Assembly: GCA_964402565.1 (NCBI GenBank)
Contig: CAYOCJ010000001.1
Span: forward strand, 96,079-160,078
Reading direction: 5' to 3'
From: an uncultured Gammaproteobacteria bacterium
GTDB taxonomy: Bacteria > Patescibacteriota > Patescibacteriia > UBA1558 > 2-01-FULL-52-15
Length of the DNA stretch: 64,000 nt
In this document: in pieces, positions 16,260 to 26,242 of the stretch
How the letters are laid out: each line of letters starts with the position of its first letter
Position numbering within the stretch: position 1 is the stretch's first letter
Translations under genes and position numbers: made by a program
The notes under the pieces: model-generated
Told to the model about the DNA's origin: nothing
Seen by the model: only the letters and a program-made list of their open reading frames with translations
Database searches by the model: none

Positions 16260-18287
16260 ATGACGAAAGCAGAACAGCGAAAGAAATTCCTCGACATTCG
16301 CGAACACAACTTCGCGCGCGTCGCAGTCGTGATTCCACGCGTGTACCTGTCTGATCCTGTACGCAATGCACAGGAGCACATCAGGCTGCTCGAAGCAGCA
16401 TACAATGCGGGCTGCGTGTACGCGGTGTGCCCTGAGCTGGGACTTACCGGCTATTCGAACGGCGACTTGTTCTTCAGCGATGCGCTGCTCGATGAGTCGA
16501 TGCAAAGTCTTCGGACCATCATGGAATGGACGAAGGGCAAGAACCTGCTTGTGTCTGTCGGGATGCCTTTGCGAGTCGGTGACGCACTCGCGAATGTAGC
16601 CGTAACCATTCGTTACGGTGTTCCGGCTGCGATCGCACCGAAATCCTACTTGCCGAATTACCGCGAATTTTACGAGGGGAGGCATTTCGCTCCGGCTCGT
16701 GATCTGCAGCTGATAAGCATGAAGTTCCTCGGCCACGATGTTCCGATCGGAAACAACATTCTGATCGATCTTGGCCGCGACCTGACCATCTTCACTGAAG
16801 TATGCGAGGATGGATGGGTACCGATTCCACCGAGCTCTCTGGCTGCGCTTGCAGGCGCGACGATCATCGCGAATTTGTCTGCGTCGAACATCACGATCGG
16901 CAAGGCTGCATATAGGCGAGATCTTTTCGTCGGAGCTTCCGGAAGGAATGTAGCTGCGCAGCTTTACTGTGCTGCCGGCTATGGCGAATCGTCGACCGAT
17001 CTCGCGTGGGATGGCGACGGATTCATCGCAGAACGCGGCGAACTCATGGCCGAAGTGAAGCGTTTCGAACGCGAGGGATCGTATATCATCCATGATGTCG
17101 ACCTGACGATGCTGCGGAATGACCGCATGCGCCAGACCTCGTTCTGGCAAAATGCGACCGACAACCGTCGCAATTTCATTCGAGTCATGGTCGATGAGGA
17201 AAGCGCGCTCAGCAGTTTCGGCAAGCCAATCGCTGACTACAGCACGCTCAAACGCTCGATAGCGCCGTTTCCGTTCGTACCTCAGAACGCTGCTTCGCGC
17301 GACGAGCGATGCCGTGAAACCTTCATGATCCAGGCTACGGCTCTTGCCCGCCGGCTCGAACAGATGCCGGATGCACAGCGGAAGGTCGTGATCGGGATCT
17401 CCGGAGGTCAGGACTCGACGCATGCTCTGCTCGTCGCAGTCCACGCGATGGATCTGCTGGGTCTGCCCAGAACCAAAGTCACGGGCATCACCATGCCGGG
17501 GTTCGGGACGACGAAGCGGACCAGAAACAATGCGGTTCAGCTGATGAAGGCGCTCGGCATCGTCCAAAAGCGCAAGTCGATCAACCGCATTGCCAACAGC
17601 TTCTTTTTTTCCGCCGAATACAACCCGAACGTTCATGGTACCGATCTTCTCGAGTTCGAGAACGCCCAGGCGTGGGCACGCATGCAGGTGCTCCTGAATT
17701 ACAGCTGCCGTCACGGCGGCATCGTGGTCGGCACCGGCGATCTCTCGGAGCTTGCACTCGGCTGGTGTACGTTCGGCGGCGACCATTTCAGCCACTACGG
17801 AGTGAATGGCGGAGTGCCGAAGACCTTGATCTCCTTTTTGATCGGTTGGGCTGCCGATAAGATCTTTTCGGACGAACCGGAAGCCCAGAAGGTCCTGAAG
17901 GACATTCTGGCGACGCCGATTTCGCCAGAGCTCAAGAAAGCTGCGGCAGACGGGACGATCGCTCAGCAGACCGAGTCGGTGATCGGACCGTATGCCTTGC
18001 ATGACTTCACGATTTACTACCTGATCCGCTTTGGTTTCCTGCCATCGCGCATAGCGAGGCTGCAGTATCACGCGTTTCGCGGTACGTACACGATGGCAGA
18101 GATCAAGAAGTGGATGCGTCTTTTCCTGAAGCGATTCTTCCAGACGCAGTTCAAGCGCTCGTGCCTCCCGGACGGACCGAAGGTCGGCCTGGTATGTATC
18201 TCGCCTCGGGGCGATTGGCGCATGCCGTCCGATGCGAATCCCGAAGCTTGGCTTCGGGATCTGGACACTGTTCCTGATGAGATCTGA
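16260..18287 (+). CDS. nadE: glutamine-dependent NAD+ synthetase (N-terminal CN-hydrolase domain plus C-terminal NAD synthetase)
   Basis: [11 protein letters not shown] is the PP-loop SGGxDS motif in the C-terminal domain. The N-terminal ~270 aa is nitrilase-like with [10 protein letters not shown]. aaggagga sits upstream of the ATG at 16260. Confidence 0.75.
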   Translation: MTKAEQRKKFLDIREHNFARVAVVIPRVYLSDPVRNAQEHIRLLEAAYNAGCVYAVCPELGLTGYSNGDLFFSDALLDESMQSLRTIMEWTKGKNLLVSVGMPLRVGDALANVAVTIRYGVPAAIAPKSYLPNYREFYEGRHFAPARDLQLISMKFLGHDVPIGNNILIDLGRDLTIFTEVCEDGWVPIPPSSLAALAGATIIANLSASNITIGKAAYRRDLFVGASGRNVAAQLYCAAGYGESSTDLAWDGDGFIAERGELMAEVKRFEREGSYIIHDVDLTMLRNDRMRQTSFWQNATDNRRNFIRVMVDEESALSSFGKPIADYSTLKRSIAPFPFVPQNAASRDERCRETFMIQATALARRLEQMPDAQRKVVIGISGGQDSTHALLVAVHAMDLLGLPRTKVTGITMPGFGTTKRTRNNAVQLMKALGIVQKRKSINRIANSFFFSAEYNPNVHGTDLLEFENAQAWARMQVLLNYSCRHGGIVVGTGDLSELALGWCTFGGDHFSHYGVNGGVPKTLISFLIGWAADKIFSDEPEAQKVLKDILATPISPELKKAAADGTIAQQTESVIGPYALHDFTIYYLIRFGFLPSRIARLQYHAFRGTYTMAEIKKWMRLFLKRFFQTQFKRSCLPDGPKVGLVCISPRGDWRMPSDANPEAWLRDLDTVPDEI

Positions 18288-18313
18288 CGAGGAGTGACAC
18301 CTCGCAAAACCCA

Positions 18314-18356
18314 GGGTCCCCTGATAAGCGAAAGCTTTGACGGGGACCTTTTTTCT
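18314..18356 (+). terminator. intrinsic terminator after nadE
   Basis: GGGTCCCC-20 nt-GGGGACC followed by TTTTTTCTTC. Confidence 0.55.
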
Positions 18357-18439
18357 TCATTTGCATTTTTCTACGTCACACGTTAGGGTTGGAACGTAGA
18401 AGTTTTTTTTCAAACGTTCATTCAAAAGGGGTGGAGACA

Positions 18440-19579
18440 ATGTACGCAGCGCATGGCTTGATGAAACATGTATCGGATATCCCAACAATCGTGCTCACAG
18501 GGGGACCCTGTAGCGGCAAAACAACGGTTCTCGCCCACCTTATCAGCTGGCTTCGTGATCGCGGGTATCGGGTGTATGTCGTGCCTGAAACAGCCACACT
18601 CTTGATCAACGGGGGTTTCCCTGATCTGCCAAAGATCGCCGCAGAGAACTATCCGCGCTTTCTCGCCATTCAACGGCAGATCCTTTTCTTGCAGATGGCT
18701 TTTTTGAAAACCTTTCGCGAACTGTCGGACTCAGCGAACGGTGAATCGCAAGTCATCATCTGCGATCGCGGTCCCATGGATGGGCTTGCTTACGTCAAGG
18801 ATCGAAAAGATTTCAACTCTGTTCTAAAGTCGGTGCATCTCTCGAAGAAATCCGCGCTTGATTTCAAAGGGGTGATACACCTCGTTACAGCTGCGAATGG
18901 AGCCGAGGAGAGCTATACGCTCGAAAATAACACCGCACGTAGCGAGTCGGCTGAACAGGCGCGCATCCTGGACGACAAGACCCAGAAAGCATGGTGGGGG
19001 ACCGATCATCTCATAGTGATCGACGCATACCCGGATTTTGATCAGAAACTGCATCGCACGACTCAGGCGCTTGCGCGCATTCTGGGGATCCCGGTTCCGA
19101 TCGAGATCGAACGCAAGTACCTCGTTCAGTTGCCGATCGATTGGAGTCATCCGGTCCTGAAGGCGGCGGTTGCCTCAACGATCGAACAGCAATACGTATA
19201 TTTGTACGGCTCAGATGCCGTGGTGCGCATTCGTCGCCGCAAGCAGCAAGGTGGCTGGGTCTATACGCGGACGCGCAAGGAACGCCAGAGCGATCTTGTG
19301 AGAACGGAGATCGAAGCACGGATTACCCGTGAGGAGTACGACGCCTTGTCGGCATTTCGTGTACCGAACACGCGTATCATCCGTAAGCAGCGTCACTGCT
19401 TTGTTTGGGAGTCTCAGTATTTCGAGCTCGATGTTTTCGAGCAACCCTCAGGCAAAGCATTGCTCGAGAATGAGGCTACCGAAGAGAACGATCAAGTTAC
19501 CTTGCCGCCTTTTCTGAAGGTCTTAATGGAAGTTACCTCCGACCCCGCATACGAAAACCGAAACATGGCGAACTTGTAA
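18440..19579 (+). CDS. P-loop nucleoside kinase (NadR/ribosylnicotinamide-kinase-like) fused to a CYTH (triphosphate tunnel metalloenzyme) domain
   Basis: N-terminus VLTGGPCSGKTT is a Walker A, followed by YVVPETAT as in NadR-type RNK domains. The C-terminal ~180 aa starts IPVPIEIERKYLV, the ExExK signature of CYTH, with later YFELDVFE. Confidence 0.5.
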   Translation: MYAAHGLMKHVSDIPTIVLTGGPCSGKTTVLAHLISWLRDRGYRVYVVPETATLLINGGFPDLPKIAAENYPRFLAIQRQILFLQMAFLKTFRELSDSANGESQVIICDRGPMDGLAYVKDRKDFNSVLKSVHLSKKSALDFKGVIHLVTAANGAEESYTLENNTARSESAEQARILDDKTQKAWWGTDHLIVIDAYPDFDQKLHRTTQALARILGIPVPIEIERKYLVQLPIDWSHPVLKAAVASTIEQQYVYLYGSDAVVRIRRRKQQGGWVYTRTRKERQSDLVRTEIEARITREEYDALSAFRVPNTRIIRKQRHCFVWESQYFELDVFEQPSGKALLENEATEENDQVTLPPFLKVLMEVTSDPAYENRNMANL

Positions 19580-19597
19580 TACCGCCATAACCTAGCC

Positions 19598-19623
19598 GGG
19601 GCGAAGCGCTTGCGCTTCGCCCC
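19598..19623 (+). terminator. GC-rich hairpin GGGGCGAAGCGC/GCGCTTCGCCCC at the distal edge of the high-GC block
   Basis: Perfect 12-nt inverted repeat, followed by gcttcattt. Confidence 0.4.
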
Positions 19624-19668
19624 GCTTCATTTACCCTAGTCATAGAACTTCCTATCTGATATTCTGAT

Positions 19669-20166
19669 ATGCATATGGATTGGCATTTACTTTTCGGACA
19701 TAAGACAGTTGCCTTTTTCGACATCTGGACCATCGAACATATCGTGAGCGGCATTTCTTTCGGCTCGCTCGCTTTTTTGCATACGAGAAAGAAATTTTCG
19801 AATGTAGTCGCTCAGTTCGGCGCAAAGCTGGAGGAGCTTGCAGAAACGCATAAAGCAGTTCTCACTCGCTTCGATATCATTACTGTTCTGTTCATCGCTT
19901 ATTTTTGGGAGACGCTTGAGCATTATTTGGAGACTGGCTTGCTCGGCCCGAAAGTAATGTATTGGTTCCAGGGAGTTGAAGCATGGGACAATCGCTTCAT
20001 TTCAGATCCGCTCATGCTGCTGCTCGGTTATTGGATCGTGAAGCGCTGGCCAAAGCTGGTATGGCCGGCCCGCATTTTTTCATTTGTCTGGCTTTTTTTC
20101 CATATTTTCATCTTTCCGCATAGCATGTATCTCCAGGACAGTATCGCCCGCGCCTTCATGCATTGA
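19669..20166 (+). CDS. hypothetical integral membrane protein
   Basis: 165-aa ORF with several hydrophobic segments. No recognised motif. Confidence 0.35.
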   Translation: MHMDWHLLFGHKTVAFFDIWTIEHIVSGISFGSLAFLHTRKKFSNVVAQFGAKLEELAETHKAVLTRFDIITVLFIAYFWETLEHYLETGLLGPKVMYWFQGVEAWDNRFISDPLMLLLGYWIVKRWPKLVWPARIFSFVWLFFHIFIFPHSMYLQDSIARAFMH

Positions 20167-20240
20167 CACGAAGCTGATTTCCTGATAGATTGTTCCGTTC
20201 TAACGTGCATGTCGCATGTTAGTTTGTTCATGAAAGGAGC

Positions 20241-20561
20241 GTGCGGATGACGCCTGCGCTGGCGGTTGCCAATGTCGTGAATGTGAGCTTCGAGCCCGGT
20301 TACTTCGCAAAAGTGATTGCGGCTCTCTGCAACCTCGTTCCCGCTGACCGCTGGATGCGCCACGAACCGGTCACACCGGAAGAGATCCAGTTCATGCTGA
20401 GCTGCGGACAGACCAACTTCGCCGAAGTTCGCGGCAGGTTCATCAGCGTCAGAGTGAACGACGGTGTCCTCGACGTGTCCGATTTCGCGCGCATCCACGG
20501 CATGAAAAATCTCGACGACGCCCTGGCGGACGTCGCGGGTTGTCCGAACATCCGGGTCTGA
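20241..20561 (+). CDS. hypothetical protein (high-GC ORF)
   Basis: 106-aa ORF. The overlapping 188-aa antisense ORF has junk-like composition rich in R, H and C. Confidence 0.3.
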   Translation: MRMTPALAVANVVNVSFEPGYFAKVIAALCNLVPADRWMRHEPVTPEEIQFMLSCGQTNFAEVRGRFISVRVNDGVLDVSDFARIHGMKNLDDALADVAGCPNIRV

Positions 20562-20663
20562 CGACCGAGGTGCCACTTGCCCTGCTGTCTCCATTGAAGC
20601 GCATTGCTTCTGATGGAGCGGCAGGGCACTTTCTTTTTACTGAGGTCATGTTAGTATGCCAGT

Positions 20664-22016
20664 ATGAAAAAAATATTCGCAACTATTCTCCTGCAGTACT
20701 TTCGTTTTTTTGCCCGATTTGCCCTAGCAGCACACAGACCCGTGGTCATAGGCATTGCGGGTTCAGTCGGGAAATCATCGACGAAGGAGATTCTTCGCGC
20801 GGCTTTGCAGCCATTCGGGAAGACGCTGGCGACCGAAGGAAATTCTGAAACAGGGTTGCCGCTTTCTATGCTTGGCGTGCATGTAGAAGGGTATCGATTG
20901 CTCGATTGGATCCGATATGCAGCGCAAGCTCCATTCGGAATTTTTAATTTAGTCGGAGTGGATTTTCTTATCGCTGAGATGGGCATTGATAGTCCGCTGC
21001 CGCCGAAGAATATGGCTTACCTGCTCACGATCGTGGAACCAGATATTGCCGTCATCGTTCAGGAGTCAGCTGCGCATACCGAAAATTTTGAACCGTTGTT
21101 AACTGCGGAGGAGCGCGCAAACCTTTCTGATGAAAAACGCCTACAAAGGCTGATCGACCTGATCATCCAGGAGGACCTGAAAATGGCTATGACTGATCGA
21201 TGCACGACGCTCATCTATAATGCAGACAATGAGCAGCTTGCAAAATCTGTGAAAGCTCTGCAGGGCCAGGGTAAAAAGCTTTTTGCTTTCGGCTCATCGA
21301 ATCATCTGGATGTGTACTATCTAAAGTCGGCTATTTCTCTTGATGAAACGCGCTTTGATCTTATGGTTCTTGGCGCTCCGGTTACCGTGAAATATAATCA
21401 TGCGGTGTTGCCTGCGGAGTATCGTGAATTAACTGCTGCAGCGCTCCTGGCATGCTCAGCCGTCGGCGTCAATGTAAACCAAGCAGGCTCAGCAATCGAA
21501 AAAAACGTTGTATTGCCTAAGGGCAGGGCTACGATTCTGAAAGGAATCAATCATTCCGTCATTCTTGATTCATCATATAATGCATCGAAAGCCTCAATGA
21601 TCGCTTTTCTCGATCTGGTAGATCGTTTAAAGAAACAAACGAACAGAGTAGCGCTTGTTGTGCTTGGCGATATGCGCGAACTCGGCACTGAATCAAAAAT
21701 TGAACATGAGTCTGTCGCAAAAAAGATTCTTGAGGTTGCTGATCTTGCATACTGCGTCGGTGATCAAACGAAAGAATACGTCATGCCGCTCCTGAAAGAT
21801 AAAGTGCCGTCGAAGTGGTTTCAAAATTCAAAAGATCTGGGGAGCCATCTGAAAGAGCATATACCAGAACAAGCGATCGTGCTGTTCAAAGGATCGCAAA
21901 ATACCATTTTTTTGGAGGAAGCTATCAAATCGATCCTCGCAGATAAGCGAGATGCATCAGCATTGTGCAGACAAGAGGAGTATTGGCTGCGTACAAAAAG
22001 CAAGTCAGGATTTTAG
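20664..22016 (+). CDS. murF: UDP-N-acetylmuramoyl-tripeptide--D-alanyl-D-alanine ligase
   Basis: VVIGIAGSVGKSSTKE is the Mur ligase P-loop in its MurF-type context. Length 450 aa. Confidence 0.65.
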   Translation: MKKIFATILLQYFRFFARFALAAHRPVVIGIAGSVGKSSTKEILRAALQPFGKTLATEGNSETGLPLSMLGVHVEGYRLLDWIRYAAQAPFGIFNLVGVDFLIAEMGIDSPLPPKNMAYLLTIVEPDIAVIVQESAAHTENFEPLLTAEERANLSDEKRLQRLIDLIIQEDLKMAMTDRCTTLIYNADNEQLAKSVKALQGQGKKLFAFGSSNHLDVYYLKSAISLDETRFDLMVLGAPVTVKYNHAVLPAEYRELTAAALLACSAVGVNVNQAGSAIEKNVVLPKGRATILKGINHSVILDSSYNASKASMIAFLDLVDRLKKQTNRVALVVLGDMRELGTESKIEHESVAKKILEVADLAYCVGDQTKEYVMPLLKDKVPSKWFQNSKDLGSHLKEHIPEQAIVLFKGSQNTIFLEEAIKSILADKRDASALCRQEEYWLRTKSKSGF

Positions 22017-22030
22017 TCGTATCCTGAGGG

Positions 22031-23242
22031 TTAGAGCGTAAGCAATGCTTTTTCGACTGCTTTTTTTTCGTCCCATTGTATTTCACCGTCTGCCATTGCC
22101 AGAGATTGCTCATGTCCTTTACCGGCAAGCACCAGTGTGTCGCCTGGCTTCGCTATGCTCACTGCAAAGTTAATGGCCTCTTGCCGGTCGGGGATGTCGT
22201 AGAGTAATTTTGAATTCTGCGGCGCTATGACGGTTGGATTGAGCTTTGTAAAACCTGAAATGCCTTCCGCTATCATTGCATTGATATCAGTTACATTCTC
22301 ATCGCGCGGGTCATCGGCGGTCAATATGATGACATTGGCATGATGAGAAGCGGCACGACCCATATCAGGCCTTTTTTGCGAATCGCGCTTACCCGCAGAT
22401 CCGAAAAGTACGATAAGCCTATGCTTCGTCGTTTCTTTAGTCGCTTTCAGGATATTTTCCAAAGCATTCGGCGTATGAGCGAAATCAACGATGACCCGAA
22501 AGTCTTTGTCATAGACGATCTCTTGCCTGCCTTTCGGCGCAGTGAATGATTCCAAAGAATCTGCTATCGATTGTTTTGAAATACCGAGCGTGTCCGCAGC
22601 AGCATATGCAGCCAATGCATTCATCATATTGAACGATCCAAGCAGCCGAAGGTTGAAAGGATATTTTGCAGGCGTATAGCGGGCTTTCTGATTCACTGCT
22701 GAATAGCTGATTACATTTTTTGTGCGCAGGGTCCGTGCGAGCAACTCGTATGACTTGTCGTCATAGTTGATGATCGCCGTTTCCGCAGCTTTCAAAAGTA
22801 TCAATTTTGCCTGAGAGTACCGTTCAAATGTTTTGTGATAATCCAGATGCTCATTGCTGATATTGGTCAGAATGCCGATTTTGAAATGAATACCCGCAAC
22901 ACGATGCTGGTCAAGAGCATGAGATGTTGTTTCAATCACCGCATGCGTACAACCCGCCCTGGCCGCCATGTTTAACAGTTTTTGTATCGTGAATGACGAT
23001 GGCGTTGTAACATGCAATCCGAGCTCATAGGGCATATCATCGATGAGGGCCCCAACGGTTGTAATGACTATCGCTTTTTTCCCAGCGCCGCGGAGAATGC
23101 GATACAGCATATGCGCGGTAGTTGTTTTTCCGTCAGTTCCGGTGATACCTATCACCGTTAACTTCCGTCCCGGAAAACCAAAAAAAATGTTCGCGAGAGC
23201 CGCCTGGAGCAGGTGATAAAAATTTTTAATTTCTTGCAGCAT
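22031..23242 (-). CDS. murE: UDP-N-acetylmuramoyl-L-alanyl-D-glutamate--diamino-acid ligase (MurE-type, N-terminally short)
   Basis: TVIGITGTDGKTTTAHML is the P-loop. LFGSAGKRDSQKRP and ILTADDPRDE match the MurE GxGGxRDxxKR and DNPR motifs. Confidence 0.6.
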   Translation of the reverse strand: MLQEIKNFYHLLQAALANIFFGFPGRKLTVIGITGTDGKTTTAHMLYRILRGAGKKAIVITTVGALIDDMPYELGLHVTTPSSFTIQKLLNMAARAGCTHAVIETTSHALDQHRVAGIHFKIGILTNISNEHLDYHKTFERYSQAKLILLKAAETAIINYDDKSYELLARTLRTKNVISYSAVNQKARYTPAKYPFNLRLLGSFNMMNALAAYAAADTLGISKQSIADSLESFTAPKGRQEIVYDKDFRVIVDFAHTPNALENILKATKETTKHRLIVLFGSAGKRDSQKRPDMGRAASHHANVIILTADDPRDENVTDINAMIAEGISGFTKLNPTVIAPQNSKLLYDIPDRQEAINFAVSIAKPGDTLVLAGKGHEQSLAMADGEIQWDEKKAVEKALLTL

Positions 23243-23244
23243 TG

Positions 23245-25692
23245 TTATCGGGATCCTAGTGAGCGAGCGAATTTTTTGAATTCATTTCCTTTTGCGATAA
23301 AATTTTTCCAGAGTGAGTAGCTCGGCGATGCGGTAGACAGGAGGCAGATGCTGCCGGCCCGCGTGTGTTTAAAAGCGAACGTGACCGCTTCTTCCATGCT
23401 TTTTGTTTGGAGTAGCGTAAATCCTTTCCGGGATTTGAGCATCCGTTTGCCGGTGTCCGGGAACAGGACGATATTCCGTATCTTATACGAGCGCAGTGTT
23501 TTTTCAAGCGCTTTGAAATCATAGCCGCGGTCTTCGCCGCCCAGCAAAATGGTATCGACTTTTTTCAGTGTCCTGATGGCCATGATGGTGGAATCCGGCG
23601 TCGTTGATATGGCATCGTCATAGAAGGTGATCTTTTTGAACGTACCGATATTCTCTAAGCGATGGGGGAGCGGTTTGAATTTTTTTATGGCCGAACGGAT
23701 TGCTGAGTCTGAAACGCCCAGGTGTCGTACCACATGAATTGCCGCACGAATATTGTATATATTGTGTTGTCCGAGCAGAGGGATCTCTGAAATTTTGAGA
23801 GGAATGCGCTCTGTGAATGGAGCTCTCAATGCGATATCTTTTGGCCCCTGATATTTAAAAATGTTTTGCTTCGCTGCATAGTATTTTTCCAAGCTGCCGT
23901 GGTAGGTCATGTGATCAGGAAAGAGGTTGAGGAGTAGCGCAATATTCGGCGAGTATTCGATATCATCGAGCATATAACTTGATAGCTCAATGACAAAGAT
24001 GTTCTTCGGATCATTTTTTTGTGCAAGCGAAACGAGCATGGGATTGCCGATATTGCCGATCAGCTTGGTTTTCTTGCCGGCTGCTTCCAGCATCGCATAG
24101 ATCAAGGAGACAGTCGTGCTTTTGCCTTTGGTTCCCGTCACGCCGATCGTGAAGTTTTTATTTTGTGAAAAAAAGATATTCGTCGCAGTAGTATAGGCGC
24201 CAGTCACTCTTTCTTTTGGAATCCCAGGCGTTTTGATGATGAGATCATAGTCAGCTTGCTTTTCCAAATATCGGCGGTCCAGTTTTTCATCGCCTATGCC
24301 AATGCGAATGCCGGGATATTTTTTTTTCAGGTAGCGTTTTGTTTCTTTTCCCTCAGTGCCATAGCCGAGCACATATATATTCTTAATGCCCAAGAAACGG
24401 AACGGTGTCGGTAAAGTCGGAGCATGTGTGGTTCTGAATACGGTCTCGATGAGTTTTTCTCTATGTTTGATTTTCGGGAGGAATGTTTTGACTATCAAGG
24501 TATCTTTGAATTTTTTTGACGCCATGGCAAGAGCAACCTGAGCTTCTTCGAAGGTACCGACGCAATCAAAGGGTTTGAACGTGCCGAAACCCAAAGTATT
24601 TTTATACAGCGGCAGCAGCTTTGGATCATCAAGCAGATTTTTCTTGAAGATTCCTATCACTTTTTCTTTAGGCAAAAATGGAGCAAGTATCAAAAATACG
24701 AAAGCGCATTTCGGGCATTCGCCGCACCAGCGCTTTCCGTTTTTTTCACGCGCGATCTTAAAGCCGATATTGCAGCTGGAAAAAAGGTAATGGTATTTCC
24801 CGTGCTTTGCGAACATCTCGGCAATGCGGATCTCGTAGAATTGCCGCAAGAGCGAGAAATAGGAAATATCCGCCGTGATGTATTTCCGCGTATATTCCTG
24901 AAGCATGGATTCAAATTCAGAGGACTTGCTCCATTGATGATTAATTTCCATTCCGCGATAGCGCATATTACCGAAGTTTGCACTTTGCTCATTGCCGACA
25001 ACGATATAGCGATACCCATAGAGCGCCGCAGAGAACAGGCCCAGGAAAGCGTAAATAGCTGAAATAGGAATATGACCGTTATATGAGCCGGGGTGAGCTG
25101 CGAAAATTTGCGGATCCAGTTTCCGCTGAATGTGAAGTGAAGGGTTTCCGATTTTTCTAATGACATCTGATACAACAGCATCCTTTCGCTGCGTTTCGAC
25201 CGCGAATGACGTTACATCAAAAGATCTGAGGAGCTCGGCGGCAACTATGGAGTCTTTCCCCCCGCCGATGCCCAGAAGCATTTTTTCAGATCTTGGGAAT
25301 GATGCTGGAGTCTCGCGTCTGACCTTCGCATGCGGAAATTTCGCGATCTGGTCCGGACGGAGCTTATTGCGGTAGAGGAATTCGCCTAAGCCTTTGCGAT
25401 ACACCGTATTCCAGAATTCAGCCTGGTCAGGCGACAATGCAAATGGCAAGCTCATTTTCGGAGGACAGTACAGTTTATAGTAGCTGATCCCCAACATCAG
25501 ATGCAGCGGCTCGAGGAATTTTTTGACCGTTGACTCAGGAAGTTTTTTTGGTGCGCGCGGCAAGATGATCTTCTCGGTAAACGTGAGAGGTTCGCGATTT
25601 GCAAAACTGATGGCATACGAAAAAGAAACGGTGCGTTTTTTCTCATCGTACCAATAGCCCCGGAAGTGGAATGCTCTTGATTTCGGCTGCAT
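23245..25692 (-). CDS. murD: fusion protein: N-terminal PP-loop ATP-pyrophosphatase-like domain with a Cys cluster, plus C-terminal UDP-N-acetylmuramoylalanine--glutamate ligase (MurD)
   Basis: The C-terminal ~400 aa has IGVTGTKGKSTT and LGGEDRGYDF, MurD signatures. The N-terminal ~400 aa has LLGIGGGKDSIVAAELL (PP-loop SGGxDS-like) and WCGECPKCAFVF (a QueC-like Cys cluster). Confidence 0.6.
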   Translation of the reverse strand: MQPKSRAFHFRGYWYDEKKRTVSFSYAISFANREPLTFTEKIILPRAPKKLPESTVKKFLEPLHLMLGISYYKLYCPPKMSLPFALSPDQAEFWNTVYRKGLGEFLYRNKLRPDQIAKFPHAKVRRETPASFPRSEKMLLGIGGGKDSIVAAELLRSFDVTSFAVETQRKDAVVSDVIRKIGNPSLHIQRKLDPQIFAAHPGSYNGHIPISAIYAFLGLFSAALYGYRYIVVGNEQSANFGNMRYRGMEINHQWSKSSEFESMLQEYTRKYITADISYFSLLRQFYEIRIAEMFAKHGKYHYLFSSCNIGFKIAREKNGKRWCGECPKCAFVFLILAPFLPKEKVIGIFKKNLLDDPKLLPLYKNTLGFGTFKPFDCVGTFEEAQVALAMASKKFKDTLIVKTFLPKIKHREKLIETVFRTTHAPTLPTPFRFLGIKNIYVLGYGTEGKETKRYLKKKYPGIRIGIGDEKLDRRYLEKQADYDLIIKTPGIPKERVTGAYTTATNIFFSQNKNFTIGVTGTKGKSTTVSLIYAMLEAAGKKTKLIGNIGNPMLVSLAQKNDPKNIFVIELSSYMLDDIEYSPNIALLLNLFPDHMTYHGSLEKYYAAKQNIFKYQGPKDIALRAPFTERIPLKISEIPLLGQHNIYNIRAAIHVVRHLGVSDSAIRSAIKKFKPLPHRLENIGTFKKITFYDDAISTTPDSTIMAIRTLKKVDTILLGGEDRGYDFKALEKTLRSYKIRNIVLFPDTGKRMLKSRKGFTLLQTKSMEEAVTFAFKHTRAGSICLLSTASPSYSLWKNFIAKGNEFKKFARSLGSR

Positions 25693-25753
25693 AGTACTGT
25701 ATTGCTATATAGTGACGTACTTATCCTACTGTAGTTACTGGAATTTTCCAAGT

Positions 25754-26215
25754 ATGAAGAAAAAGTGCATTGTTGTGTGCGATAATATCCGCAGTACCCA
25801 TAATGTGGGCTCCATTTTTCGCACGGCGGATGGAGCTGGTATTGATCATGTGCACCTGTGCGGCATCACGCCACGGCCACCGCGCAAGGATATAGACAAG
25901 GTTTCGCTGGGCGCTGAAAAAACAGTTCCGTTCACGTATCGTAGAAGTACGCTGGAAGTGGTGAAAAAATTGAGGACGCAGGGTTATCATATTGTCGCAC
26001 TTGAGAACAATATCAAAGGAGCGCTTGATTACCGCGAGTTTAGGCCACAGTACCCGCTTGCGCTCATCGTCGGCAGTGAAGTAGGCGGTATTGATCAGAG
26101 AGTGTTACAGAAAGCCGCACAAAAAGTTTTTATCCCAATGGCCGGAAAGAAAGAGTCGCTGAATGTTTCCGTGGCATTCGGCATTATCGCCTATGCGATA
26201 AGCCCGAAGGTGTGA
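25754..26215 (+). CDS. SpoU/TrmH-family RNA 2'-O-methyltransferase
   Basis: IVVCDNIRSTHNVGSIFRTADGAG, LIVGSEVGGI and SLNVSVAFGIIAY are the SPOUT motifs. Confidence 0.6.
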   Translation: MKKKCIVVCDNIRSTHNVGSIFRTADGAGIDHVHLCGITPRPPRKDIDKVSLGAEKTVPFTYRRSTLEVVKKLRTQGYHIVALENNIKGALDYREFRPQYPLALIVGSEVGGIDQRVLQKAAQKVFIPMAGKKESLNVSVAFGIIAYAISPKV

Positions 26216-26242
26216 ACCCTCGGGCTTAGGATGATGGCCGCA

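Noticed and set aside
20028-20594. 188-aa minus-strand ORF overlapping the 106-aa plus ORF at 20241..20561
   Set aside because: The minus product is low-complexity junk. The plus ORF is kept only at low confidence. This small high-GC patch may be non-coding or a remnant.
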